Translations under genes and position numbers: made by a program | The notes under the pieces: generated by a model | Databases searched by the model: none | Told to the model about the DNA's origin: nothing | The model's input: the letters and a program-made list of their open reading frames with translations, nothing else | NCBI RefSeq assembly: GCF_001949145.1 | Contig: NW_019091357.1 | Coordinates: forward strand, 624,671-688,670 | Source: Acanthaster planci | Taxonomy: Eukaryota | DNA: 64,000 bases | Reading direction: 5' to 3' | Shown here: positions 13,801-27,800 of the stretch, one piece after another | How the letters are laid out: each line of letters opens with the position of its first letter | Position numbering within the stretch: position 1 is the first letter of the stretch

Positions 13801-14249
13801 CGCATTGATGCATCGGGTGAAATTCCAGTCCGGGTACAGGAAAGATGCTTGATTTGCCGATAACTGAATGTCTCGTTGAATTAGCATTATCCTAACGACT
13901 GCCCATGTTGGGTAACAATACTTTTTCTCTGTATGGTATGAGTTGAACTTAACGATGACGTGTAGTGATAGGTGCAGTCATAGACTGGGTAGGGGAGAGG
14001 GTGAGAGATACAGTGGGGGAAGCGAGGAAGATACCATAGTATCGTCTGCATCGATATTTTTTCCTTTTTACCTTTTTTCAGCCGCGGAATGAAGCTAGAT
14101 CTAATGACATCTCTGCGGGTTTTTTTCTTCTGTTAACCATCACGACAACTACATACATGCTATGGCTCACACCATGGAAGAGCGTTTGGAATATTACACA
14201 GGGCTGTGAATAATTGGTTTTACTATCTTGCTACGTCACAACACATTAC

Positions 14250-14297
14250 CTCGGCTGCCTTGGCGTGTGGTTTTCGTCTCAATCCTCTTTTCCACAT
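14250..14297 (-). CDS. Candidate alternative first coding exon of a short NOL4-like isoform (MWKRGLRRKPHAKAAE)
   Basis: ATG with A at -3, 16 open codons, and a phase-0 donor GAG|GTAATG (same phase as the exon 3 donor). The about 400 nt upstream on the minus strand contain no ATG and are CpG-rich. Confidence 0.5.
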
Positions 14298-15260
14298 ACT
14301 GGCTGTTGACTTCCCGAGTCCAGTACGCCTGTTTTATTTAAGTCCAAAGGCAGAGCTCCCGAGCAACCCCCGAAAAATTCCAAGCCCGTCTTTACTTTTC
14401 TCTTCAGAGGGGCAGACCAGCTGAATGCACCGGTGAAATTCTCCCCCTGGTTGTTACCAGCGTGTGGAGGGGACAACGCTGATGGGTCGGCAACGGGTTG
14501 GTGTGGGTATCTGTGCGGTGCGCCGATCGGTAAGGGTTGGAGCGGCCTCTGTGTTGTCGAGTAATATCCAGCGGTACAGGGGCAGAAGAGAGTGAGTACA
14601 CGGACAGGCCAACTCGTCGGCAGTGCGGTACCGACCCTGGCTCAATCGATACGACAGAGGTGACTGACAAAGGCTTTGTTTTTTCGTGGAGGGTACTTAG
14701 CCGTGCCCCTCTCTGAGCATGCGTAGGGGTGCAGGAGATGTTCCGCTGGTGACGTCATGGAGGTACAGTGCGGGGAGTGTGTGGTGTGTGGTGTGTACCG
14801 ACGTGGTTCAGACAGCTAAATGCGATGGGCGAGTGGTTTTAACGGGCCCATGCCAGCGGGTGTCTCTCGTCCCCCATCCGAGCCTCGAACCAAGCGCGTC
14901 TGGTCGACTGGCTCACTAGAAATTGGCAAACGGGGTATGCGCACTAAAATAAAAAAAAGAGTGCCCTGACGAATTATAATGAGTTCCTCACACACGGGGG
15001 GATGGGGAGCGTGAAGGTGGCACCTCAGCCGCGGGCGATGTGGTCCAGTGATGGAAGGGAGGGGGTTGAGTAGTGCAAGGAGCTGCGCGCTCCAACTCGA
15101 CTCGACACGAGGGGGGTGTCTTATTAACCTACCCGGCCCCCGTTGTACTGCTGGCTCGGCTAATTAGCCAAGTCTCTTTGTCCGGTGGATTTTTTTTTAG
15201 TGTTGGACTGGACAAGGCAACCTCATCAACTATGGCCTTGCATCCGTGTGTGTGTGTGTG
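14298..15260 (-). promoter_or_regulatory. Candidate internal promoter and 5' UTR within NOL4-like intron 3
   Basis: GC/CpG-rich patch with an Inr-like TCAGTC (minus strand, 14662-14667), a perfect CRE TGACGTCA at 14750-14757 and a TAATTA site near 15161. Confidence 0.45.
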
Positions 15261-17093
15261 TCTCCTCCGATAGGGGTCTGGGAAATCATACGGTTTCTTG
15301 TCTCAGCTGGGTGTCAGTGGGAGACCGCTGCATCTTTTTTTTTTCATCCTCACTTCTTTGCATAATGCTCGGCAGAACACTTCATCCAGTCAAACATATA
15401 TACTCCAGTTTGGATCGTCCTGGCATTGCTCATGCAATAAATACATTATCACAGAGCAGGGAATGAAATAGTTTTTAAAATTGATCTGAAATAATTTGTG
15501 ATCAAAATAGACGTTAATTGGTCAAACTTTCTTGATAATTGATTGATGTGGTCCACAGATCCACTCTTTGCAGGAGATAAGCACAATTTTTTTTTTCCTT
15601 CAATATTTCTGTAACTTGCATTGAAATATTATGGAAATGCAAGCAGACTAACTTTCTTTGACGCGAGTTGTTTAGACTCGAAACTTTACTCGTTTTGACA
15701 AAAGCTTCAAGACAAAAACTTGGGAACACCCTGGGAGATTTAACTGATCTAAATATTTTAAGTCATTTTGACTTTGAAACAAAATTTTTTTATGCTAGAA
15801 GTTTCGACTGAATATAGAATATGACTTTACCTCAATCATTAAGAAAAGACGAAACTTGTTTTTGGAAGAAAAAGGGAAAAAAATATCATTTTTAGTAATC
15901 AAACGGCAAGTGCACTCGGTCTTTCAAACACAATGCGTTGTGTCCACCGTATGTGTACATGCTGATTCCCAGTACAATGCTGATAGAGGAATCCGCATTG
16001 CCTGTGTACTATTAGCCTTTGTTAGCAAGATCCGACGGGGATTAACTTCGAGGGAACACAGCCAACACGATATCACATGACAATGCGTCATGTCAGGGGG
16101 GTGTGGCAGATTGAGGGGGACAGGGGTGTACTGGTACGGGGTACCAGTGGAAAGGCAGTGATGAATTACGATTATCCATGTGTATTGTTGGTACCTAAGG
16201 TGCTACAAAATGACGTAACCTTTTGAGTTGAATGGGAATAATGAAGAGAATTATTCTAAGCTGTGGTATTCAGTATTGTTCTTAATATAAATATTGCGTG
16301 GTTATAATATTTTATTTGGATGTATTATTTTGACAATTGTTTTGCTGTTAAGACGTGTGCTTTACTTATATTGAAAAAATATCAAGGTATACTTCAGTAT
16401 GAACTCGCAATTGTGAATTTGGTAAATTGTTTCATTACTAAGTAGATGTCGGATAAGTCACGCGGTATGTAAATGGCATCGGCTTGGAATAATATTCGCT
16501 TTTCGGCATTTGCAAAGACCCGATAAAAACCGTTTTCCTCTCCGTATTGCTTTGTTTGCTGTTGGGAATTGTTGTTATCAATAATCTACACAGCCAAAGT
16601 CCAGCCAACAACAGATGGTGTCGATTAATTTCATTTTAGTATATCGAGAAAGGGAAAAATAACGTCGAACCGTCCAATATTTGGTTATATTCAATGATGG
16701 CAGCTTGAAATTATTTGCGTGTACAGGCGATAGTTCTAAGCCTAAACAACAATAAATTAACTCCACATATGAATATTAGGGACAGCAAGTTCGCCTCCGA
16801 CTAAAACTTGACAATTTTTGTAATAGGGATTTAAGTGGCAATAGTAATGTATATTTCACTGATCATAACTCCGAACAAAGGGGGGGGGGGAAATAATTAT
16901 TTTCAATTCAGTACAGAGCTGAACACATGCATCAAAAATCAAGCGAACAGACAGACAACAATTCCAATTTATAATTCTACGTCACACATCATGTTTCTCA
17001 TCGGTCATCCTCGGGTTATTATTACTCAAATTGGCAACGTAAGACACCCGTAAACGAGTAGCTAATTAATTCTGCAATGACACAACCCGCTCT

Positions 17094-17164
17094 AACAAAA
17101 GAAACAAACAAACAAACAAACAACCCAACAACCCATAAACAAACAAACAAACAAACAAACAAAA
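17094..17164. repeat. (CAAA)n microsatellite
   Basis: Interrupted CAAA array. Confidence 0.9.
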
Positions 17165-18163
17165 CGCATGATGACTTTTTCAAATTAAAGGGCAGAATAC
17201 GAGGTTGGACCTATGCACCCCTTTATTACACAAGTAGATGTGATGCATTGCGTTGTTGGAACATGGATAAGCCCCTAACACTGCTCCTCTGCGGTCGCCA
17301 GTATTTTCTTCTGTCTAAAAAGGAAGTGACCTTTTGTTGCGTAAACCGGTGCCAGCATCTGTAGCCTTGTTTGGGCGGCTGTGCCTGCTTCTCTTAATGG
17401 ATCTGAGGGACCAGAGGGATATTTTCAATACTAACAGCGACCCAACGGGGGTACAGGAGACACACACATAATACACTGCCAAGACAAAAATCCTGGTACA
17501 CCCGCCTGAGATCCCGACGGCTGTTGGATTATTTCGCACTTCTTGGCGACATTGTGCCAACTGCGGATAGGAAAATATGAACACAATGAAGATTAAAAGG
17601 GGAAGTAAAACTCCCAGACAAGAAAAATCTAAATCGTTACCAGGCGATCTCCAGTTAATTTCGTGAGCAATATTTCTACAAGTTTGACTACGGCGGTAAT
17701 TTTTCTTATTAGACAAAAGGGTCTCTTGCAGAAGCCATAACTATCTACCAGCAGGTCTACGTATCTTTATTCTAACGTTGTATTTCCTGAACAACCTCAA
17801 CAACTACCTCGTGGATGTTTCTATTTTCTGTTTTCACTTGGATAAGCAACGTCTATCGGGGACACGAAAGAGTCGTCGAGCGTTGGGATCCAATCATTCA
17901 CTCTCTTTGACCACCACGCGAGCAGTAACAAGGGCCAAGGGTTTCCCAACATGGGCAACGAGACTGGCACGCGCCGTTGATTTATGGCGTAGATTACACA
18001 GAAGGACCCCACTGTAAAGCAAGGTACCTCTATGGTGAGATAACATTTTATGACGGGGCCGCTTTCCATGACACAACACAGTTGGTGGGGTAGAATGATG
18101 GTGGGATTTCTACCTGCAGGAGGATAATTCCGCTTGACCATGTCATAGAGCTATGACCATGTC

Positions 18164-18343
18164 CAGTGGCGTAACTACCGGGGGGGCAGGGGGCACGTCC
18201 CCCAGGAATACCCCCCCCCCATTTGAAATCCATGAACAACCTCTGCTGCGGCTCATTGTCTTTTTCAATTTTGTGTCCCCTAGAAAAAAATGTGTGCACC
18301 CCCGGGTGCCCCACCCGACATAATAGCTCTACCTACGCCACTG
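18164..18343. mobile_element. hAT-type non-autonomous element with intact TSD
   Basis: TIRs CAGTGGCGTA...TACGCCACTG and a perfect 8-bp target-site duplication ACCATGTC (18156-18163 and 18344-18351). Confidence 0.88.
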
Positions 18344-21300
18344 ACCATGTCAGATGGTGACCTTATTAGGTGCGAGACCATTCGATTTAGAAAGATGCAT
18401 TGTCCATTTTACGGCCGTCACCCCCCCCCCGTCTGTATGAACTTGGCTTTTTAAGTGACAAACACACGGTTAAGACGCTGGACGTTTAGCTTCTGAACCA
18501 ACTCCACTAGCTCCACTTTCTTATTTACAATAAGTACGCCCTCTGGGGACGCAAGTCAGGAAACGGCAGGCAGGAAACAAACAAAGTTTACTAAATTATG
18601 CACATATTGTTGCATTTTTCCTAAGTAAGCGTAAACCCAATCCAAGCAGACGTAAACAAAATGATTCTAAATTAACCAAACTTAGTACAAGTTCAATTTG
18701 TCCACATTTTGTCTTCTCCCGATTGTTTTCTAATAATAAATTTCAACCGGGGAGGTTTTAAGTTTCGTTCACATAAATTAGGCCGTTTCCTCTTCTGTTT
18801 TCAGAATTAGCGAAATATAATACAGACAGAGCGATAGATGCACCAATACTTCACAAAAATGCACAGCATATGTTCTGATTCTTGGAAAAAATCAATTAAT
18901 CAGCTTTGCTGTTGAAACGATCAAACTCGAGGCTCACTGGAGTTTATCGGCCATTGCAGGGGTCAGAAAGCCGACACCGTCCCTCATTACACTTCCTTAT
19001 TCCGTGGCCTATCAGCCGGAGAGTTTTGGAGTTCTCTTCCTTCCTCAATGCCCCACTTGTAAAAAAAAAAAAAAAACAAGATTCTGTGGTTTCAACTCCA
19101 CTGGCAACAATTTGTGGTTTTAGCTTCCTGTTTGTTCATGCACATTTTTGTGCATTGAGCATTGTCATGAGGGAATCTAGAGACGAGAGTTTCGACCTTC
19201 AATAAGCGGGCGGAGTTCATGGTATTAAATAGACAGGTGGATGGTATGGTGTCCTGGTGAAACTTTAGCTCCCCCCCCCGAAAATGGACCTCTTAATAAC
19301 AACACGCATGCTCAATACACACAAAATCCATGACAACAGCTGGAAGGACGTAATGAAAGCAACAAAGGGTGTATGATTAGTTAGAAGAAGAATCATGATA
19401 GTAGATTTTTCAAAGGAAAAGACTGAATTCAGGTTTGAATTTTATAGGCCAAGGAAAAGCACCCCCCTTCCTGTTGGCATCTACCTGTGTGATCAAGGCT
19501 TCAATAAAAAGAAGTAGGCTTTTGCACAAAATGTTGCGAGATTCACAGGAACGAAATTCATATAGAAAACGTGAGAAAGTAAAGCCCATTACTGAGTTCC
19601 CTTCACAGTAGACACCTTGAAAAAAGGACTTTTGTGTAATACAATATTTGGGGAAGTACAGCATTTAGTGAAAAAATATTTGGAAATATTTTGTGGTGAC
19701 GGGACCACAGCTGGGCGCTTTGGGTATGTTTCTGTATCAAAGGAAAAAAATGTCTTGTATGTCATCTGAGAATGGAATTACATGAAAAGGTTAACCATCT
19801 GATGTAAATTCCACGAATCAACTAGAGGCAAGAACTCTTGTATCCTTCACCCAAACTATCCCGGGGCCGAAGGAGGAGAATCGTAGTCGAGGGAATGAAT
19901 GAATTTCCAAGATTTGCTTCAGCCAACCTCGCTTCCCCAACAACCGGAAAGGAAGTCGTTGGAATCTCCAAGGAAATCTCCAATTTGCGTCATAAAACTT
20001 CGGGATTTCACACACAGGGAGCGCTCATCGAGCGAGTCGGCGAGAGCACACAACTGGCGGGAGCATGTGTCAATCTTAGCCGTAGAAATGTGAACTCAAA
20101 ATGAACATCTTCGTGACGTTAGTAACTACTGTTCTGGGGAGTCCATTTACACCACGAATACATGCCTGGTACCCGGAAGACGCCAAGGTGGGAGTGACAA
20201 CGCGCGTTGGTGGTGCATCCGTTCTTATGCACCGCAAGCGGTAAGAGCAAGAACATTAATGCATATCTGCTCCGTGTGGGGGACTCTGCCCGAAGCTCGT
20301 GATGCATTATTGCATAGGATCCAAAGGTCTGACATCTATGGAGGACTGACTCACAAAAAAAGGTGGATGTTAAAAAAGATATGAAGACGGGATGGATGCC
20401 TACGGATATGGAATTGGTGGTGGATGTAAAAGTCAAAAGCCGTTGGTCAGCTGCATGTTGAACGAAATTTGTGACCAATAAAAAAGGGCTGATTTCTACA
20501 TCTTCTGACAAAAGGCAGGTGTTATAAGGCAAAGCGGCGGTAGAAATAACCTTTTATCTTTGTCCAAATTCTCTAGTCTTTTCTCTGAAGAGTTAGTTCC
20601 AGACGTAATGGATCAATCGATGGAAGCCAAAACAAAGACGGGTACAGCTGAAATAGATGATGGAATTCATGAATACAAAAATGATTTGACGTGGTCACAT
20701 TATGGAAGATGGGCGGATAAACATAGAGAATACTGAAACTATTACCACCCACCGCCTATGATCCAAACAGCCAGCCATATCTCCAAACAATTCTTTACTG
20801 AAATCCATTACGCGGATCGATACGGTATCTTTTAGAGAAAGTAACAAGACTTTTTGTAGGCATCCAAAAGTGTATTGCTTGGTAGGTTATAGGATATATA
20901 TAGTGTATTAAAAAATAAGTAAGTCCAGTAACCTTAAGAGTCGTTTTGGTTGTTTTGCTTATGGTTTATGTTTCAAGCAGGTCAGGCACTATTTCCAGTT
21001 CTTGGGGGACAAGATAAACCTTGCGAGGGGCCTGCATCTTTCGCCTCTTTTATTAGCTCGAGTCATTGTCAAGCATGAACGAATATCCAACCCATCGTTA
21101 CTCTTGAAGTCACTCCATACTTTACGCTTCGACTCTCTCTCTCAGTGAAGTCGTAAAAGTAAAACAAATAAAAGGTTCACTAAGTACCAGGAGTAATTTG
21201 AGTCCCCATCTGGAGCTGTATGTAGAGAGTTATGGTGTGTTCCAACAAACTCCTTAAATCCCCCAGATAACACTCCGTGTAAACTATCATGCCCCAGTTA

Positions 21301-21597
21301 TTATAATTTTACCCGCATAGTGTTATGCCCGTAAAGAACAACCAAGGTAGACTTTACCTTCAATGTTGAATGTCTCTATAATACGCTCTTCATGCAAAGA
21401 AAAAGTCTTATTTCAAACAACAAAAAAAAAATTACACGCCTAATCTTTCTTAAATAAAATAAAAATGATTCGTAGAGTAATGGCCTTTCGACGTTGTGAA
21501 TTTCTTATCAATTAAATGGAATATCCAGAAAATTCGCCTCTGCTGAAATCTCGACTGGTTCCTTTTTTTAAAGAATGCGCTCCACTCGTAATGCTTT

Positions 21598-21617
21598 CAT
21601 TGTATTGTTATGCAAAT
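21598..21617 (+). promoter_or_regulatory. Sox-POU composite motif
   Basis: CATTGT-ATTGTT-ATGCAAAT: two Sox cores directly abutting a perfect octamer. Confidence 0.42.
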
Positions 21618-24600
21618 GAGCCGAATCCAATTAGCACTGCCCAGGATTTTCAATGCACTCATGCGGTGGGCTGTTGTCGCATACCTGTGCTGGGCGATGT
21701 ATCGAGAAGTCGGCGACAATTTCCAAAGCAAGGCAGATTGTGTCATGGAGACATGGAGAAAATCGATATTTTGATTTGGTGATATTGAAATTTGAATATT
21801 GAAGAGATCATAAATTTTTGGATCACTCCAACAGAGCCTTGCACTGAACAATTTGTTTGTAGTGGTGGAATACTTTCCTAAAATGATTTTGTTTGAAAAA
21901 ATAACAAAACAAAAAACGGTTTGCGTGTTTATTTTAAGTTCCGAAATTGAAATACAGTTTATTCTGTTATCGTACAGACTTCTTGATGATCATACCATTA
22001 TTATTGTTTGTAATTCCTCAACGGAAATGAGCCAAACAGAGACCGTCGAAGAATCAATCTAAAACGGGTTCATCTCAATGTAACCATAACGCAAGAGAGG
22101 GTATCAATCATTATCGTATTCGTATAATACTGCCGAAAATGACACTGTCGTTTGTCATGTAAACATATACAAATTTGTTTTGTTGACAAAATTATTAACT
22201 TCGGGAATCAGTTGAGGAAAGTTAGAATGAATATACCCTTACTGTTTGGTACTATTGATTTCTTTGCATATTCAAAATCTATAGGCCTACTGGTTTGTTT
22301 TCGGATGGAAGGATTCGATGGGCATTTAAAGCCAATGCTGACTGACTCTCTAACTCGTCTCATTCCTCAGACACTCCAGGGAGGATCCCTTAACACCTGC
22401 ACCCCTACAAGTCACCAAACCAGGCCGCGTCATCGCACCCACCTTGCCCCGATTACAAAGAAAAAGTAGGATTTCGAGAGCCTGATGCGATAGCTGGTAA
22501 CGCACTGTCATCATCGCAACGCACAAGAGCAGCGAGCGGTAACCGTGTCCCAACGCTCAAGCCCCCCCCCACCCCCGGACAGGAAATTAACGCAAATTGA
22601 TAATCCGTCTGAAACTTCGTAATATTGCTCATAGATTAAGGCACATCAAAGGTGGGACACTTGACGAGTCAGAAGCAATGACCCAGAGACCGGGGGAAAA
22701 ATGCTCTCCTTGTCCCGTTCAGACTTGCTATATTTACCAACTTGCAGTCAACACGACAGTGTTTCGTTCCACGTGTAATTGACCCGGGTATGGTGCAACT
22801 GAAGGAGCGCCTTAATCATTTGCAACCATCTCTGAAAAAATAACAACACTGACCAAAGAACGTTTGATAATTTCCCTCACATGAAATAGTTGAGAAAAAC
22901 ATCTCTCTACGATAACTGATACCTTCATTTGCTTTGGAACAAAGGATATCGCATTCATACTGGGAAAAATACGCAAGGAAGAGAAAACTTTGGCCTCGAG
23001 CCAAAGACAAACAGGGCGAGGTTATGCCTATGTGCCCATAATGTTTCAGCACAAGAGGTCTCACGAGCTGTTAACTTTGATCACAGGTAGTTTATGTAGA
23101 CTAGCAACTGGACGCAGGTCAGTTTGACTCAGAGACAGAGCAGGAAATGTTTTGTTGAGGAGGACGAAAAATGAAGATTGCTTCCATCATGTTTAGAATT
23201 ATGACTGAAGTTTGGGTCTTTTGGAGTCCGATATTATGTCTCTTAATTTCTCTTGGACGGAGTCGATACCTCAAATCTTCTCTTACGGTTGGCGAGGTCG
23301 CCGCTTCTGTTTCCAACCCTCGTGAGGCCCGACAGGAAATCCTGCATCAATCAAAAGGCCTCGGGATCACAAACCCCCCAAAGTGAGAATCTTAATCATA
23401 GCTTTATTTTCATACAAGTTACCCCGAAGTTGGTCCCCAATTCCCGCCTGTCGCCCCCACGAACAGACCCAGGCATTGATGTCTACGTCCCGATGACGGA
23501 AGTCGTATGTCAGCGACGTATCCCCTGCGGGTTAGCCAAAAAAAGTCGGATCCCCTTCGCCACTCTAGCCACCCTTTCCGACAGACAGTTTCAGACAAAC
23601 AACCCGACTTCCACTTTTGTTATTTTAACAAAGGGTTGACATCACTGTAGATTTGTGATCATTGTCAAAGTCATTTGCACTTGTTTCTCGTCTGAAAAGT
23701 GTGGACAATGGTTCGACGCTCGTTTTGCAGCAGCTATATAGCGCCCTCACTTGACACATGGGAGAAGAAGCGCTGTAACCCTGGGTGAGTTCATTGCATG
23801 GAGAGAGTACAGTCGCTGTTGAATAATTCGTTCAGTGGAGAAGGACTAACAAATTAGTACTCGTGCAATTAATGAAAAAGACAGCTTGTCGACCCGTGAG
23901 TCAAAGATCGGGCCGATTAAACGTCTTCAAAAAATTCTTCGCTAAAACTTTGAAAGCTTTGGCTGCTCGCTAGCAAGTTGCAACTTAGATCCTCGGTCTA
24001 CAAACTCATTATTATAACACACACCACATGAGTGACGATTCCTGACAAAAAAAGTCAGCTGCAGTTTTAAAGAACAAGAATCTGTAGCAATCAATGGATC
24101 AACATTCAGTTCTGAAAACTTTACAAGCATTTTTATAAAGGGAGTGTGAGGGTTTCTCAAAGTAATCCATGACTTCAGAAGAGACAGCTTAGGCGGAGTT
24201 GGTCCCGAGACAATCAGCAATTTTGGGAGGGGACCCTTATTATATTGAGGCCACTGGGCCTGTCCGATGATTCACTGACAAGGGACTATGATGGATGTGG
24301 GGCGAGCGTGTGTAGATATCATCGACAAGTGGATGGCATCCAACGGGTGTTGTTTGGGGTTGGATGAAAACAGATGCGAACCGGAGGTACGCCTACGTGC
24401 AGCGCGACAGGTGGGGAATTCCGTAAAGGTTATGGGTGAGGATCGCCATTCGACGAGGTGGAATTTAATGTCAAAGTCATCCATTTCCTTATTATCCTCA
24501 CATATCAGTCATCAATGTCGATTCATAAAGAATCGATTATCCCATTTTATTGCCAGGAACGGCGTGTGACAATGTATAATTGGGCCTGAAGGTATCCACT

Positions 24601-24709
24601 CAGAGCCGAACTTGGCACGGAATGCGTTAATCTCGCCGTACTATGGCCCTCCAACCAAAGTATGAATAATAAATTTTTCCTCTCTGAGTACACAGTTCTT
24701 AAATATAAA

Positions 24710-24845
24710 TGAAAACAATAACAATTACAAACAAACAAATACAACAAGAAGCAACCAGACCAACAAAGGAAACACACAGACACACAAACATGCAAAAAGA
24801 ACACCAAAGAAAAATACGCACAAACAAAACAAAACCAAAACAAAG
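24710..24845. repeat. A/C-rich low-complexity tract
   Basis: Decayed CAAA/CA repeats. Confidence 0.7.
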
Positions 24846-27800
24846 TCATCTAGAGGGAAATTCATCACAGATAGGAGTTGAGGTTGCTAAAACAGACTTC
24901 AACGAGAGGTCAACGATTTCACAAAACAAGACGGAATGACCGTAATCTGGGAAGGGCGCCATCACCGACGAGTGCAGGTAAATTATGCGATCCTTTCAGT
25001 TTCTAATAAATCGATGCGTCTGTCGGGTTTCGTTAAAAGGAAAATACGCAGTTATGGGACTTGTACAAATGAAAAAACTTCGAATTGTAAATTCTATACA
25101 CCGGCAAGGGACAAAGAAATGTCTACACCCATGTCCCATTAATCTCATCATGAATTACAAGAAATCTCCCTCTCTACTGTAGTCATAGTAAAATGCACAG
25201 TTTTTGCGATCATTTCTAGAAATTCGATGAAATTCGAACGAAGGGAGATGTGACCATTTAACAAGATATAGTTTTATTTGGCATGAGCTACTGACAGATA
25301 TCAGTTGCGTTGCTGAGAGTTCAAATCAAAATATAACATCCAACTTTGTTTGCAGATAGGGCCTACTGTGCTCCGGTCAATCTAGACCTCCGTTGTTGTG
25401 TTTCGGTAACAGGAACACGTATTACGGGTCTGTCTTGCATTAGCCGTGAGCTCTTGCAAGCCCAGATAGAAACTTCAAGTCTTTTCTCCAAGGGCTTGGC
25501 TCGCAAAAGGTTTATCACAGCCAAACACCGCTGAAGATCTCTCCCAACGAAAGGTTAGCGGTGTGTACCGGACATTTCGGGCGGGTGAACTCAGCGCTCG
25601 CTCCCCCGCGACTTTTCTAAGCACCCCATCACCCCCGGGCGATGTGACCGAACGAGGCCCGCCCTACAGCTTCGCTAATCACATTTACTGACGACTACGC
25701 CGAGAAAATTATCGAAAATTCGTTCCAGAAACGGGCCGTGTCCCTTTTCTCTTCTCTTTCTTCTTTTATTCGGTGATTTCTTTCCCCGAGTACCGTTTTG
25801 ACTAAATTTATTCGAGTGGCGTCCAAGAATGGTTCTGATTTATGCTCAGGGCTCCCAGGGGACCAATGGATTGCCAAGGGAAACAGTGTGATTGACGGCT
25901 TTGAAAAGTCCGATTACATCTCTGACATAGTTGGCATTTTGTTGTCACAATAATCCAATGTAAGCCTTATCATCATGAAGCACACAGGGACATAAAACGT
26001 TTATTTTTAGCGTACTACCTGGGCCGTGAAAATATGCCGTACAGGCGCAACGCAGACATACAGAAAAATTACACAATTTTATTTACACTTAGAAAATGAG
26101 AATATTTTTGGTCCTTCCAAATCAGCTGTAATAAAAATGTTCTTCTGCTCAAACGCGAGTATTTATTTTCGGATAGGTGCTTTGAGTTTCTCAATACTTA
26201 GGTAAGCTTTAACAAACAAAAAAATAATTCTATTTCCCTTCCGGCCCAAAGCAGAGAAAGTTTATAGAGTAGCTACTTAAACCGGAAATTGTAATACATT
26301 TGGTTTGAAATATTGGGCAATTATATAGCTACCTACCAATCAATGGATGAAACTAAACCTCAATTTCTTTGTTAATTTGGAGAAATTAAAGCAACGTTTC
26401 GTAAGAATGCACTTCAAAGTTGAAGCTGATGGCATTTCACTTTAATATTCGGTACGGAAGACTTGGAAGTGGAACTAAAATCCACCCCGATTGAATTTCC
26501 TTACTCATGTATGTTCTTCTTCAAAACCGAAGGCGTCGTTTCGTGGAGATCACCTCAACGAGCTTACTGAGCAAAATCCGAAAAAAGTCCACCCTCCAGG
26601 ACCGCACAGCGGTTCCAAATGTATCACCTCAGACCCAAAGGTAACAATTCAATTTATGGTTTGCGGAAAGACAAACTTTGAGGGAAGGTAACTCCGAGCA
26701 AATTTGACTCCGCTCTTGGGGATGATTAGAAACTGTCGGAGCCAGTCTTATCTTGACATGTCAGAATGCTGAGACCCATAATACATCATGCAAATCCATT
26801 CCGGATTTGGGTGGATGACTTCGGCTGTCGTCAAGGTGCTCATGCATTGTCAAAAGATGTTAACGTTTGGAAGGAGGGGAGGTAGGTATTCATTTCTACA
26901 AAACAAAACAGCTTTAAGATTATGACCTGCACTTTGAAGGCAACATAAGAGATAAGAAGAGTGTGCTCGTCATACGTTTTGCTCTGTGGATAATGATCAA
27001 CGACTGGCAAGAATTTATATAGTTGTTATTGGAAACCCAAAATGACGAAGTGGGAACCTCTTTTACGTGTTTTTTCTCTGTTTGATATAATTTTTGCGTT
27101 AATTCCAGCCTGAAAGTTTTCATAGAGTGGCCCCGGTATCCGCAAAAAACAGAGGCCCTATTCCGGAAGATTATTAGAAGTGGATCGATGACTACATACA
27201 CGAATCGACTATTGGTATTATCTGACAACGTAAAAGAGCCTGAAACTAGACTTTACAGGCATCATTGGCACCCAGACTTCGGTATAATCAAAGTACATCT
27301 TAAAGGCGAACCGTTAAAGAGGAACAATCGAGTTATGCCCGTTTTAGCAAAATCACCTTTCAATATTTACGACGTTGGCTTAGTTACAAGTGCCCTAAAC
27401 GATTTTAGGCCACGCCTAGGAATTTAAAGTTCTCTAGAAATCTCTAGAGATCTCTAGAGATGTCCGCGTCTTTCCTCTGTTGGAACATTTTTCAGAAAAT
27501 TTCACATGTCATGCTTTAAAGACAACGTGCAATCCAACATTTTGAGCTGGGCAGAATGGTTCCAATTTGGGCAGTAAACGCAATGACCGATATTCGTCTG
27601 ACAGGCAGCTCACGAGAACAGATGTTTACTGTTTACGGGAAACTGTGGAGACGTCTTGGTAAGTCTGTGGCTAGTAGTGAATAAGGATCTCCGTCAAAAT
27701 CTGAAAAATATGGGAGGAAATGGAATGTCATTGGTGATCAGTAGCGGAAAACCCCAGACCGATTGATGGGAGAAAGAAGGGAGGAGAGCCCTCGGCTAAC

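Noticed and set aside
16096..16141. G-quadruplex candidate
   Set aside because: There are four G-runs, but two loops are longer than 10 nt and G-runs are common in this window.
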